Positions 1 through 11,700 of a stretch of 64,000 bases of DNA are shown here, in pieces. The notes beneath the pieces are model-generated. The model saw nothing but the letters and a program-made list of their open reading frames with translations. It searched no databases and was not told the origin of the DNA. The translations under genes and the position numbers were made by a program. The DNA is from Mustelus asterias. Taxonomy: Eukaryota. The stretch is taken from assembly GCF_964213995.1 (NCBI RefSeq), contig NC_135808.1, positions 23,374,001 to 23,438,000 of the forward strand, written 5' to 3'. The stretch's first letter is position 1; every line of letters begins with the position of its first letter.

Positions 1-1000
1 ACCATGGATTGAAAAGAGAAGGGGCAATCTGAGTAATTATACACCAGTTAGTGTAACTTCGGCAGTGGGAACATTGTTGGAACCAATTATGGGGAACGGT
101 ACAAACCTTCATCGAGAAAGGCACAGATTAGTCGAGGAAAGTTAGCGTGGATTTAAGGGGAGCTCATCTCAAGCTTTCTGACTGAAAATTTGGAAGAGGT
201 GAGAAGGAGGGTTGATGAGGGCAGTGAGGTGGACATGGTCAACATGCATTTTAATCATGCTTTGGACAAGGTCCCACATGGCAGGCTGGTCAGAAATGTA
301 AAACTCATCGAGATCCAAGAGACATTGACAAATCAGACCCCAAATTAGCTCAGTGGCAGGAAGCAAAGGGTTAAGGGGTTGATTGCGACTAGAATGATGT
401 CCATGATGTGGAGATGCCGGCGTTGGACTGACCATCACTCATCTGACGAAGGAGCAGTTCTCCGAAAGCTCGTGATTCCGAGTTGGATTTTACCCTGATG
501 TTGAGAGACTTCTCAGACCTAAACAAGACTTCTTGTTACCAGTGGGGGTTCCACAGGACCCAGCACTCACGCCTCACTTTTTGTAGTTCATGTGAATCAT
601 TTAGATTCAAATGCAGCAGGAATGATAAAGAAGTTGACAGAGGTACAAATATTATCTGTGTTGGTTTTTAGTGAAGAGGAAAGCTTCAGACTGTAGGAAG
701 ACAGAGATGGTCTGGGCAGTTGGGAAGAACATTGGAAAATGGAATTCAGTCCGGAGCAGTGAGAGGTGATGGATTTCGGGAGGATGAACAAGGCAAAGGG
801 AATCCCCAATAACTGGGAGGATAATGAGTAATGTGGAGGAACAGAGGGATCCAGGAGTGCGTGTCCACAGATTGGGAAAGTTTTCAGGACAGATTAATTA
901 CATGGTAAAGAAGGTACATAACATGCTTTTCTTTCATCAGTTGAGACAGACAGCAGAATGGTTTTGCTAGAATTGTAACAACACCAGACAGATGACAGCT
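1..1000 (+). mobile_element. Old degraded CR1-like LINE RT remnant, interrupted by a short Penelope-like 3' end fragment (~404-520)
   Basis: Decayed RT motifs (NYTPVSVTSAVG, DKVPHGRLV, MEFSPEQ) with many stops; inverted copy at about 44950-45952. Confidence 0.6.
439..475 (+). ncRNA. Minimal hammerhead ribozyme motif in a Penelope remnant (inverted copy at 45478..45514)
   Basis: TCAT CTGACGA A GGAG CAGTT CTCC GAAA GC TC GTGA. Confidence 0.5.
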
Positions 1001-1296
1001 GAAGCACTGTCTGAAAGGATGGTAGACGCAGAAACTCTCACCACATTGAATCAATTCTTGGACGTCGAGTTGAAGAGCTGTGATCGACAGAGCTACAGAT
1101 CAAGTACATGAGGTGAGATTAAGCAGGAGAGTTCTTCATGAACAGGAAGGGATATGATGGGCTGAATGGCCTCGCTCTCAATCATAAATATTCTATCCTT
1201 CAACATTCCAACCACACACCAGCAGCAAATCCCATCAGACCTCCAAACACCAGCTAAACCCAGCAGACCCCTAACACGAGCAAAACCCATCAGACC

Positions 1297-2212
1297 AAGA
1301 TTGGTGGCATGGTGGACAGTGAGGAAGGTTATCTCCAATTGCAGCGGGATCTTGATCAATTGGGCCAGTGGGCTGACGAATGGCAGATGGAGTTTAATTT
1401 AGACAACTGCGAGGTGATGCATTTTGGTAGATTGAACCAGGGTAGCAGTTACTCAGTTAATGGTCGGGCATTGGGGAGAGTTACAGAACAAAGAGATCTA
1501 GGGGTACATGTTCATAGCTCCTTGAAAGTGGAGTCACAGGTGGACAGAGTGGTGAAGAAGGCATTCGGCATGCTTGGTTTCATCGGTCAGAACATTGAAT
1601 ACAGGAGTTGGGACGTCTTGTTGAAGTTGTACAAGGAATTGGTAAGGCCACACTTGGAATGCTGTATGCAATTCTGGTGACCCTATTATAGAAAGGATAT
1701 TATTAAACTAGAAAGAGTGCCGAAAAGATTTACTAGGATGGTACCGGGACTTGATGGATTGAGTTATGAGGAGGGGCTGAATAGACTGGGACTTTTTTCT
1801 CTGGAGTGTAGGAGGCTAAGGGGTGACCTTATAGAGGTCTATAAAATAATGAGGGGCATAGACAAGGTAGAGAGGCAATATCTTTTCCCAAAGGTCGGGG
1901 AGTCTAAAACTAGAGGGCATAGGTTTAAGGTGAGAGGGGAGAGATATAAAAGTGTCCAGGAGGTGCAATTTTTTCACACAGAGGATAGTGAGTGTCTGGA
2001 ACAAGCTGCCAGAGATAGTAGTAGAGGCGGGTACTATTTTATCTTTTAAAAAGCATTTAGATAGTTACATGGGTACGATGCGTATAGAGGGATATGGGCC
2101 AAATGCGGGCAATTGGGATTAGTTTCGGGGTTTTAAAAAAAATATAAGGGCGGCATGGACAAGTTGGACCGAAGGGCCTGTTTCCATGCTGTAAACCTCT
2201 ATGACTCTGTGA
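1297..2212 (+). mobile_element. CR1-family LINE, 5'-truncated 3' end
   Basis: ORFs LQRDLDQLGQWADEWQMEFN, LVRPHLE, RRLRGDLIEVYKIM; CTATGACT-type 3' tail; inserted in the satellite. Confidence 0.88.
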
Positions 2213-2673
2213 GCACAAACACCAGCAAAACCCATCAGACCCCCAAATACCAGCAAAACCCATCAAACCCCCGAAACACCAGCTAAACCCACAAGAGCCC
2301 CAAACACCAGCTAAACCCAACAGAGCCCCACACACCAGCTAAACCCATCAGAGCCCCAAACACCAGCTAAACCCATCAGATCCCCAAACACCAGCTAAAC
2401 CCATCAGACCCTCAAACACCAGTAAAACCCAGCAGATCCCCAAACACCAGCTAAACCCATCAGAGCCCTAAACACCAGCTAAACCCATCATAATTCCAAA
2501 CACCAGCAAAAACCATCAGAGCCCCAAACACCAGCCAATCCCATCAGACCACAAATACCAGCAAAATCCATCTGACCCCCAAACACCAGCGAAACACATC
2601 AGACTCCCTAACACGAGTTAAACACATCAGACCCCCAAACACCAGCAAAACCCATCGGAGCCCCAAACACCAG
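2213..2673. repeat. ~29-bp satellite (AAACACCAGCTAAACCCATCAGACCCC)n
   Basis: Directly visible tandem array. Confidence 0.9.
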
Positions 2674-4750
2674 TCTTTTAAGGAACAGTTGTTAGGGCTA
2701 CAGGACAGGCATGTGCCTGTAAAAAAGGATAGGAAGGGTAGGATTCGAGAACCGTGGATAACCAGGGAAATTGAGGGACTAGTCAAAAAGAAAAGAGAGG
2801 CGTATGTTAGGTCCAGGCAGCTAAAAACGGAGGGAGCTCTGGAGGAGTACAAAGCAAGTAGGAAAGAACTCAAATGGGGAATTAGAAGGTCAAAAATGGG
2901 TCACGAAATGTCCTTGGCAGACAGGATTAAGGAGAATCCCAAGGCATTTTATTCATACGTTAGCAACAAAAGGGTTGTCAGGGAAGAAATCGGACCTCTC
3001 AGGGACAAAAGTGGGGAATTATGCTTGGAGCCCAAAGAAGTAGGGGAGATCCTAAATGAATACTTTGCGTCAGTATTCACAAAGGAGAGGGATGTGTTGA
3101 TTGGGAGTGTCTAGGAGGGGAATGTTGAACCATTAGAGAAAATCTCCATTATAAGGGAGGAAGTGTTCGGTTTGTTAGAGAATATAAAGACTGACAAATC
3201 CCCAGGGCCTGATGGAATCTATCCAAGGCTGCTCAGGGAGACAAGCGATGAAATCGCTGGGCCTCTGACGCAAATCTTTGTCTCGTCACTGGACGTAGGT
3301 GAGGTCCCAGAGGATTGGAGGATAGCTAATGTGGTCCCATTATTTAAGAAGGGTCGGAAGGATAACCCGGGTAATTATAGGCCGGTGAGCTTGACGTCCG
3401 TGGTGGGGAAGTTGTTGGAGAAGATTCTTAGAGATAGGATGTATGCCCATTTAGAAAGGAATAAACTCATTAATGATAGTCAGCATGGTTTTGTGAGAGG
3501 GAGGTCATGCCTCACTAACCTGGCGGAGTTTTTTGAAGAAGTGACCAGAATGGTTGACGAGGGAAGGGCCGTGGATATGGTCTATATGGACTTTAGTAAA
3601 GCGTTTAACAAAATCCCTCATGATAGGCTGGTGAAAAAGGTTGGATCTCATGGGATAAAGGGGGCGGTGGCTAGATGGGTGGAGAACTGGCTTGGTCACA
3701 GAAGACAGAGGGTGGTAGTGGAAGGGTCTTTTTCCGGCTGGAGGCCTGTGACTCGTGGTGTTCCGCAGGGCTCTGTCTGGGGACCTCTGCTATTTGTGAT
3801 TTATATAAACGATCTGGAAGAAGGTGTAACTGGGGTGATCAGTAAGTTTGCGGACGACACAAAGTTGGCAGGACTTGCAGATAGTGAGGAGCATTGTCAG
3901 AAGCAACAGAAGGATATAGATAGCTGGAAATTTGGGCAAAGAAATGGCAGATAGAGTTCAATCCTGATGAATGTGAAGTGATGAATTTTGGTAGAAATAA
4001 TGTAGGGAGGAGCTATACGATAAATGGCAGAACCATAAAGGGTGTAGATACGCAGAGGGACCTGGGTGTGCAAGTCCACAGATCCTTGAAGGTGACGTCA
4101 CAGGTGGAGAAGGTGGTGAAGAAGACATATGGCATGCTTGCCTTTATAGGACGGGTCATAGAGTATAAAAGTTGGGGTCTGATGTTGCAGATGTATAAAA
4201 CGTTGGTTCGGCCACATTTGGAATACTGCATCCAGTTCTGGTCGCCACACTACCAGAAGGACGTGGAGGCTTTGGAGAGAGTGCAGAGGAGGTTTACCAG
4301 GATGTTGCCTGGTATGGAGGGGCTTAGTTATGAGGAGAGATTGGGTAAACTGGGGTTGTTCTCCCTGGAAAGACGGAGGATGAGGGGAGACTTAATAGAG
4401 GTGTATAAAATTATGAAAGGCATAGATAGGGTGAACGGTGGGAAGGTTTTCCCCAGGTCGGTGGTGACGTTCACGAGGGGTCATAGGTTCAAGGTGAAGG
4501 GGGGGGGGGGAGGTTTAACACAGATATCAGAAGGACATATTTTACACAGAGGGTGGTGGAGGCCTGGAATGCGCTGCCAGGCAAGGTGGTGGAGGCGGAC
4601 ACACTGGGAATGTTTAAGACTTATCTAGATAGCCATATGAACGGAGTGGGAATGGAGGGATACAAAAGAATGGTCTAGTTTGGACCAGGGAGCGGCACGG
4701 GCTTGGAGGGCCGAAGGGCCTGTTCCTGTGCTTTATTGTTCTTTGTTCTT
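2674..4750 (+). mobile_element. CR1-family LINE ORF2 (reverse transcriptase), 5'-truncated and disrupted
   Basis: KSPGPDGIYPRLL, NYRPVSLTS, QHGF, GVPQGS, FADDTK; stops and frameshifts; 3' UTR tail. Confidence 0.92.
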
Positions 4751-5290
4751 AAAACCTATCAGACCCCCAAACACCAGCAAAACCCATCAGATCCCCAAAC
4801 ACCAGCTAAACCCATCAGACTCCTTAACATCAGTTAAACCCATCAGACCCCCAAACACCAGCAAAACCCATCAGACCCCCAAACAACAGCTAAACCCATC
4901 AGAATCCCAAACACCAGCTCAACCCATCAGGACCCCAAACACCAGCTAACCCCATCAGAGCCGCAAACACCAGCTAAACCCAATAGAGCACCAAACACCA
5001 GCTAATCCCATCAGACCACCAAACACCAGCTTAAATCATCAGACCCCCAAACACCAGCAAAACCCATCAGACCCCCAAACACAAGCTAAACCCATCAGAC
5101 CCCCAAACACCAGCAAAACCCATCAGACCCCCAAACAACAGCTAAACCCATCAGAACCCCAAACACCAGCTAAATCCATCAGGACCCCAAACACCAGCTA
5201 AACCCATCAGAGCCGCAAACACCAGCTAAACCCAATAGAGCACCAAACACCAGCTAATCCCATCAGACCACCAAACACCAGCTTAACTCC
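4751..5290. repeat. ~29-bp satellite downstream of gene A
   Basis: Continuation of the same array after the CR1 insertion. Confidence 0.9.
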
Positions 5291-5713
5291 TAAACTCTAC
5301 TGCACACCCCAAGCATCCAGCTAATGATCAGACTCATCACAAAACACGACTAAAATAAAAACCTGTGGGAGCGGCACAGCTCAGTGACCAACTTCAGGGA
5401 AAAGTCTGGGAGTTACCAATTCCTTCAGGAAATTGAGCAGCTCAGAGGAGGCTGTCCAGGGTGAGATGTTTCCGGATGTCTCTACAGGTCAAAACCCACA
5501 ATGTCTCCACCCTCAGACTGTACAGGAGCAGCCGTCTCCAGAAGGCCAGTCTCAAAGCTCAGTGTTGGATTGGATGAGCTGCTCTTTAGTGACGATGCAG
5601 CGAGAGACAGACACTGAGCTCACATCCCACCCACCCGATTGTACAGCTAAATCCAGCGGGAATATCCCAGTTAGAAGGATCAGCTCCCAATATTTATCAA
5701 CACAGTTCATACC

Positions 5714-8700
5714 TCAGGTACTTGTGGAGGGTCTGGGTGAGGAATCCCCATCATCAGAAGCTGTTAAAGGAAGAAGAGGTGTTAAAACATTGTTCAACAT
5801 CAGAGAGACAGAGGCAGAGACTGTGGATATGATAAAGAGAGAATGAGAGAGACAAAGACAGACAGACACAGAGGAAGAGGTTCTCACACACCCATACTAA
5901 CGGTGACACACAGAAGCCCACACACCCACACACAAACGCACGATGCACGCACACGCGCACACACACACACACGCTATATTTGAAACAGAATGAACAATAA
6001 TGTACACAGTGGCACAGGGACAATGTTTGATGATCAGCTTACTATTTGCAGGATTGTAGTCACTCTTCCCTCTCCCTGTAAAACATGGAATGCTCAGTGA
6101 GTGACGAGACTGAGAGAAAATCAGAGACAGAGGCTGGAACTCTCGCTCGTACTGAGCCCCTACAACACAATTCTGAACCCTCACTCCCACCACAACCCGA
6201 GACCCTCACTCCCACCCTGACCCTGGACCCTCACTCCCACCCTGACCCTAGACCCTCACTCTTAGCTGAGCCCTCACTGATACCCTGAACTCCTCATCCA
6301 ATTTGAGACCCTTCCCACAATTCTGACACTCCCCCTTTATCATGAGCTCCTAACTGTCCCTGTCCCCACCCTGCAGCTCTTCCACCCACCCACCACCCCC
6401 CCCTCCCCACCCCCACACCAACCTGCGACCCACAGCCTGAGCCACCGACACCCTGGAATACTCTCCCAGAATCCCTGCCCCCAGTGAACTGTCATCCGGT
6501 GGATCTGACATCCATCATTATGAAATGATTCGAAAGGCTAGTCATGGCACGAATCAATTCCAGCCTCCCGGACTGCCTGGATCCACTACAGTTCACCCAC
6601 CGCTCTTTTCCCTCCAATTCCTACCTTTCTTGTTGTAGATGACGACAGCCACAATGATGAGAGTGATGAGCACGAGGACCCCGACCACAATCCCGACAGT
6701 AACAGCAACCTGGGAGCGAGACTTTGGTTCTGTTAGAGAGAGAGAATCAGAGAGACTGAGTGAATCAGGGAGAGGGAAAAGTGAGAATCAGAGAGAGAGA
6801 ATGTGAGAGACTGAGTGAATCAGGGAGAGGGATAAGTGTACATCAGAGGGAGACAGAGTGGGAGAGAATAGGAGACAGTGGGAGAGATAGGAAGAGAAGA
6901 GTGGAAGAGAATACGAGAGCGATGGAGAGAGAATGAATCGGAGAGAAAGAAAAAAATCAGAGAGCGAGAGAGAGAATTAGGAAACACAGGATATACGACA
7001 CAGAAAACAACCTTTCAGCCCATCCAGCTGATGCTGGTGTTAATGTTCCACCTGAACCTCTTCCCGTCTTTCCACATCTAATTCCACCATCTTAACTACC
7101 TATTCCCTTCTCCCTCAGTGACTTGTCTATCTTCCCCTTAAACTATACTGTTCAGTTCAGCCACTCCCTGTGGCAGCGAGCCCCACATTCTCATCACTCT
7201 TTGGGTGAAGAGGTTTCATGAATTCCCCACTGGGTTTCTTGGTGAGTATCTTGTATTGATGACCTCTTGTTACGATCTTCCCACAAGAGGAGACATTATC
7301 TCTGTATCCTGTCTATGAAAACCTTTCAGAATTTTAAATCCTCGATTAGGTCAACCCTCAGCCTTCTGTTTTCCCGTGAGCAGAGACCCAGCCGGTCAAT
7401 CCTTTCCTGAGATGTCCACCCACTCATTTCTGGAATCATCTCTGTAAATCTTCTCGACACTCTCTCCCCTGACTCTATATCCTTTGTATGAAATGGTGAC
7501 TGGAACTGCACACAATCTCTAAATGTGGTCTAACCAATTTTGATAAAGGTTTAGCAATAACTTACAATTGTACAAATTGTAATTACTAATGTACAATTCT
7601 ATCGCTCGAGAAATGAAACCTGGTTTTCTGTTTGTTTTGTTTATAGCCTTGTCTAACCTGTTACTGATTGGTGTATTTATCCACCCAGATCCCTTTGTTC
7701 CTCAATCCCATCCAGACTGACACCTTCCTCGTAATAAGTGACCTCCTTATCCATCCTTAACAGAAAACTACCTCACGTTTATCTGTGCTGAACTCCAGAC
7801 ACCAATTATTTGCCCATTCTACAATTTTATTAATGTCCTACGAATTACCTGCAGTTCTCCTCAATATCAAATAATTCCCCCAATTTGGTGCCATCTGCAA
7901 ATTAAGAAATGGTATTTTTGATTCCAATATCCAAGTTATGGAGTGTAAGTTGTGAACAGCGATGATCCCAGCACTGATCCTTGTGGGACACCATTTCCCA
8001 CCTTCCGTCACTCTGAATAACTCCCTTTACTCACACTCTCTGCTTTCTGTCTCAAAGTCAGTGAGTGATCCATTCTGTTACTTATCCCTAACTCCACATT
8101 CTCTGACCTTATCCATTCGTCTATCACCAGTCACCTTATCGATTTCATTTGAAAAATCATATTAAATTACATCCATTACATTACCATTGACTCCTCCCTC
8201 TGTTACATCCTCACAAAATTCACAAAGTGGAGTAAAATAAGATTTTCCATTTCAAAATCCATGCTGATGATTCATTGTTATGTTATTTGATTTCTAGATT
8301 TTCATGAATTCTCTCCAATAGAAGGAGTTCCATTATTTTTCTGAAACTCTGATTTAATCTGACTGAAGTAAACTTCCAGGATGCACTGGGCTTTGTTGTA
8401 CTGTAATATCCCAGGATGCACCGGGCACTGTTGTACTGTAATAATGATGTGGAGCTGCCAGTGTTGGACTGGGGTAAGCACAGTAAGAAGTCTCACAACA
8501 CCAGGTTAAAGTCCAACAGGTAGCAGAAGCCACAAGCTTTCGGAGCACTGCCCCTTCATCAGGTGAGTGGGAGTTTTGTTCACAAACAGGGCATATAAAG
8601 ACACAAACTCAATTTACAAAATAATGGTTGGAATGCAAGTCTTTACAGCTAATCAAGTCTTAAAGGTACAGACAATGTGAGTGGAGAGAGGGTTAAGCAC

Positions 8701-11700
8701 AGGTTAAAGAGATGTGTATTGTCTCCAGCCAGGACAGTTAGTGAGATTTTGCAAGCCCAGGCAAGTCGTGGGGGTCACAGATAGTGTGACATGAACCCAA
8801 AGTCCTGGTTGAGGCTGTCCTCATATGTGAGGAACTTGGCTATCAGTTTTTGCTCAGCGATTCTGCGTTGTCATGTGTTGTGAAGGCCGCCTTGGAGAAC
8901 GCTTACTCGAAGATCGGAGGCTGAATGCCCGTGACTGCTGAAGTGTTCCCCAACAGGAAGAGAATACTCCTGCCTGGTGATTCTCGAGTGGTGTTCATTC
9001 ATCTGTTATCGTACCGTCTGCATGGTCTCCCCAATGTACCATGTCTCGAGACATCCTTTCCTGCAATGTATCAGGTAGACAACGTTGGCCGAGTTGCAAG
9101 TGTATGTACCGCGTACCTGGTGGATGATGTTCTCACGTGAGATGATGGCATCCGTGTCGATGATCCGGCACATCTTGCAGAGATTGCTGTGGCAGGGTTG
9201 TGTGGTGTCGTGGTCACTGTTCTCCTGAAGGCTGGGTAGTTTGCTGCGGACAATGGTCTGTTTGAGGTTGTGCAGTTGTTTGAAGGCAACTGAGCAGACC
9301 CTGTGTATATGGAGGGCCTGTCTGTAGGGGATGGCTTCTTTAACGTGTTTAGGGTGGAAGCTGGGGAAGTGGAGCATCGTGAGGTTATCCGTGGGCTTGC
9401 GGTACAGTGAAGTGCTGAGGTGACCGTCCTTGATGGAGATGCGTGTGTCCAAGAGTGCAAGCAATTCTGGAGAGAAGTCCATGGTGAGTCTGATGGTGGG
9501 ATAGAACTTGTTGATGACATCATATCGTTGTTTCAGTGACTGTTCGCCATGAGTCCAAAGGAAGAAAATGTCATCGATGTATTTAGTGTATAGCGTTGGT
9601 TGAAGGTCCTGAGCATTCCACGATGCTCCACTTCTCCAGCTTCCACCCTAAACACGTTAAAGCAGCCATCCCCTCTGGACAAGCCCTCCGTATTCACAGG
9701 ATCTGCTCAGATGAGGAGGATCGCAACAGACACCTCCAGACGCTGAAAGATGCCCTCATAAGGATAGGATATGGTGCTCGACTAATTGATCGACAGTTCC
9801 GATGCGCCACAGCGAAAAACCGCACCGACCTCCTCAGAAGACAAACACGGGACACGGCGGACAAAGTATCCTTCGTCGTCCAGTACTTCCCCGGAGTGGA
9901 GAAGCTACGACATCTTCTCCGGAGCCTTCAACATGTCATCGATGAAGACGAACATCTTGCCAAGGCCATCCCCACACCCCCACTTCTTGCCTTCAAACAA
10001 CCACACAACCTCAAACAGACCATTGTCCGCATCAAACTACCCAGCCTTCAGGAGAACAGTGACCACGACACCACACAACCCTGCCACAGCACCTCTGCAA
10101 GATGCGGATGCCATCATCTCACGTGAGAACACCATCCACCAGGTACACGGTACATACACTTTCAACTCGGCCAATGTTGTCTACCTGATACGTTGCAGGA
10201 AAGGATGTCCCGAGGCATGGTACATTGGGGAAACCATGCAGACACTGCGACAACAGATGAATGAACACCGCTCGACAATCACCAGGCAAGAGTGTTCTCT
10301 TCCTGTTGGGGAACACTTCAGCAGTCACGGGCATTCTGCCTCTGATATTCGGGTAAGCGTTCTCCAAGGCGGCCTTCACGACACACGACAACGCAGAATT
10401 GCTGAGCACAGACTGATAGCCAAGTTCCGCACACATGAGGACGGCCTCAACCGGGACCTTGGGTTCATGTCACACTATCTGTGAGCCCCACGACTTGCCT
10501 GGGCTTGCAAAATCTCATTAACTGTCCTGGCTGGAGACAATACACATCCCTTTAACCTGTGCTTAACACTCTCTCCACTCAAATTGTCTGTACCTTTAAG
10601 ATTTGATTACCTGTAAAGACTCGCATTTCAACCATTATTTTGTAAATTGAGTTTCTGTCTTTATATGCCCTGTTTGTGAACAGAACTCCCACTCACCTGG
10701 CGAAGGAGCAGTGCTCTGAAAGCAAGTGGCTTCTGCTACCAAATAAACCTGTTGGACTTTAACCTGGTGTTGTGAGACTTCTTACTGTGTTTACCCCAGT
10801 CCAACACCGGCATCTCCACATCATGACTACCGTAATATCCCATGATACACTGTATTATACTGTGATATCCCAGGTTACTCTGGGCCTTGTCATTCTGTAG
10901 TTTCCCAGGACTCAATGGGGCATGTTTCATATCAAATCCTCGACGTACAATTAATTTGCACTAATGGCCATTGTATATTATGCATGGAAAATTAATATTT
11001 ATTTCCCTCTCTCTGTATCTGGGCTGACAGCTCAGCACTGACCCTCCCCTCCTGTGATCCTGGTCTGAGGCTGGGTCCTCTCTAACAGTGAGAAACAGTC
11101 TTACCGTAAATCACCACCAGTGTCTCCTTCACCCCGCTGTGTTCCACCCGACAGGAATACTCGGCCTGGTCCTCTGGATCAAACTCGACCCATTTCCGGA
11201 TCTGGTAGGTGCTGTCGGGATTGGGTAAGATCCCACTGGACAGAGTCTCATCAATCACCACTCCGTCTCTCCACAGATTCACCTCGATGGGTTGAGGGTA
11301 AAACCCGGTGACGGCACAGGACAGCCGGGTAGAATCACCCAGACGGGTAAAGGACACGACGGGGGCAACTGAGAGAGAAAGAAAGAGGAGTCAGTACAGG
11401 AACCTCGAGATAGAGAGTCCCGGCATCACCCCCTTCACCGACTCTCACCCCCCCCTCACTCACCGATTCTCACACCCCCCCTCACTCACCGACTCTCACT
11501 CCCCCCTCACTCACCGACTCTCACTCCCCCCTCACTCACCGACTCTCACTCCCCCCTCACTCACCGACTCTCACTCCCCCCTCACTCACCGACTCTCACT
11601 CCCCCTCACTCACCGACTCTCACTCCCCCCTCACTCACCGACTCTCCCTCCCCCTCACTCACCGACTCTCACTCCCCCCTCACTCACCGACTCTCACTCC

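Noticed and set aside
3163-4628. Possible active reverse transcriptase gene
   Set aside because: 5'-truncated CR1 with stops and frameshifts and no endonuclease domain.
5433-5846. 137-aa antisense ORF over the last coding exon (also 42246..42659)
   Set aside because: TTG start, shortened in B and absent from the ORF track for D; no recognisable domain.
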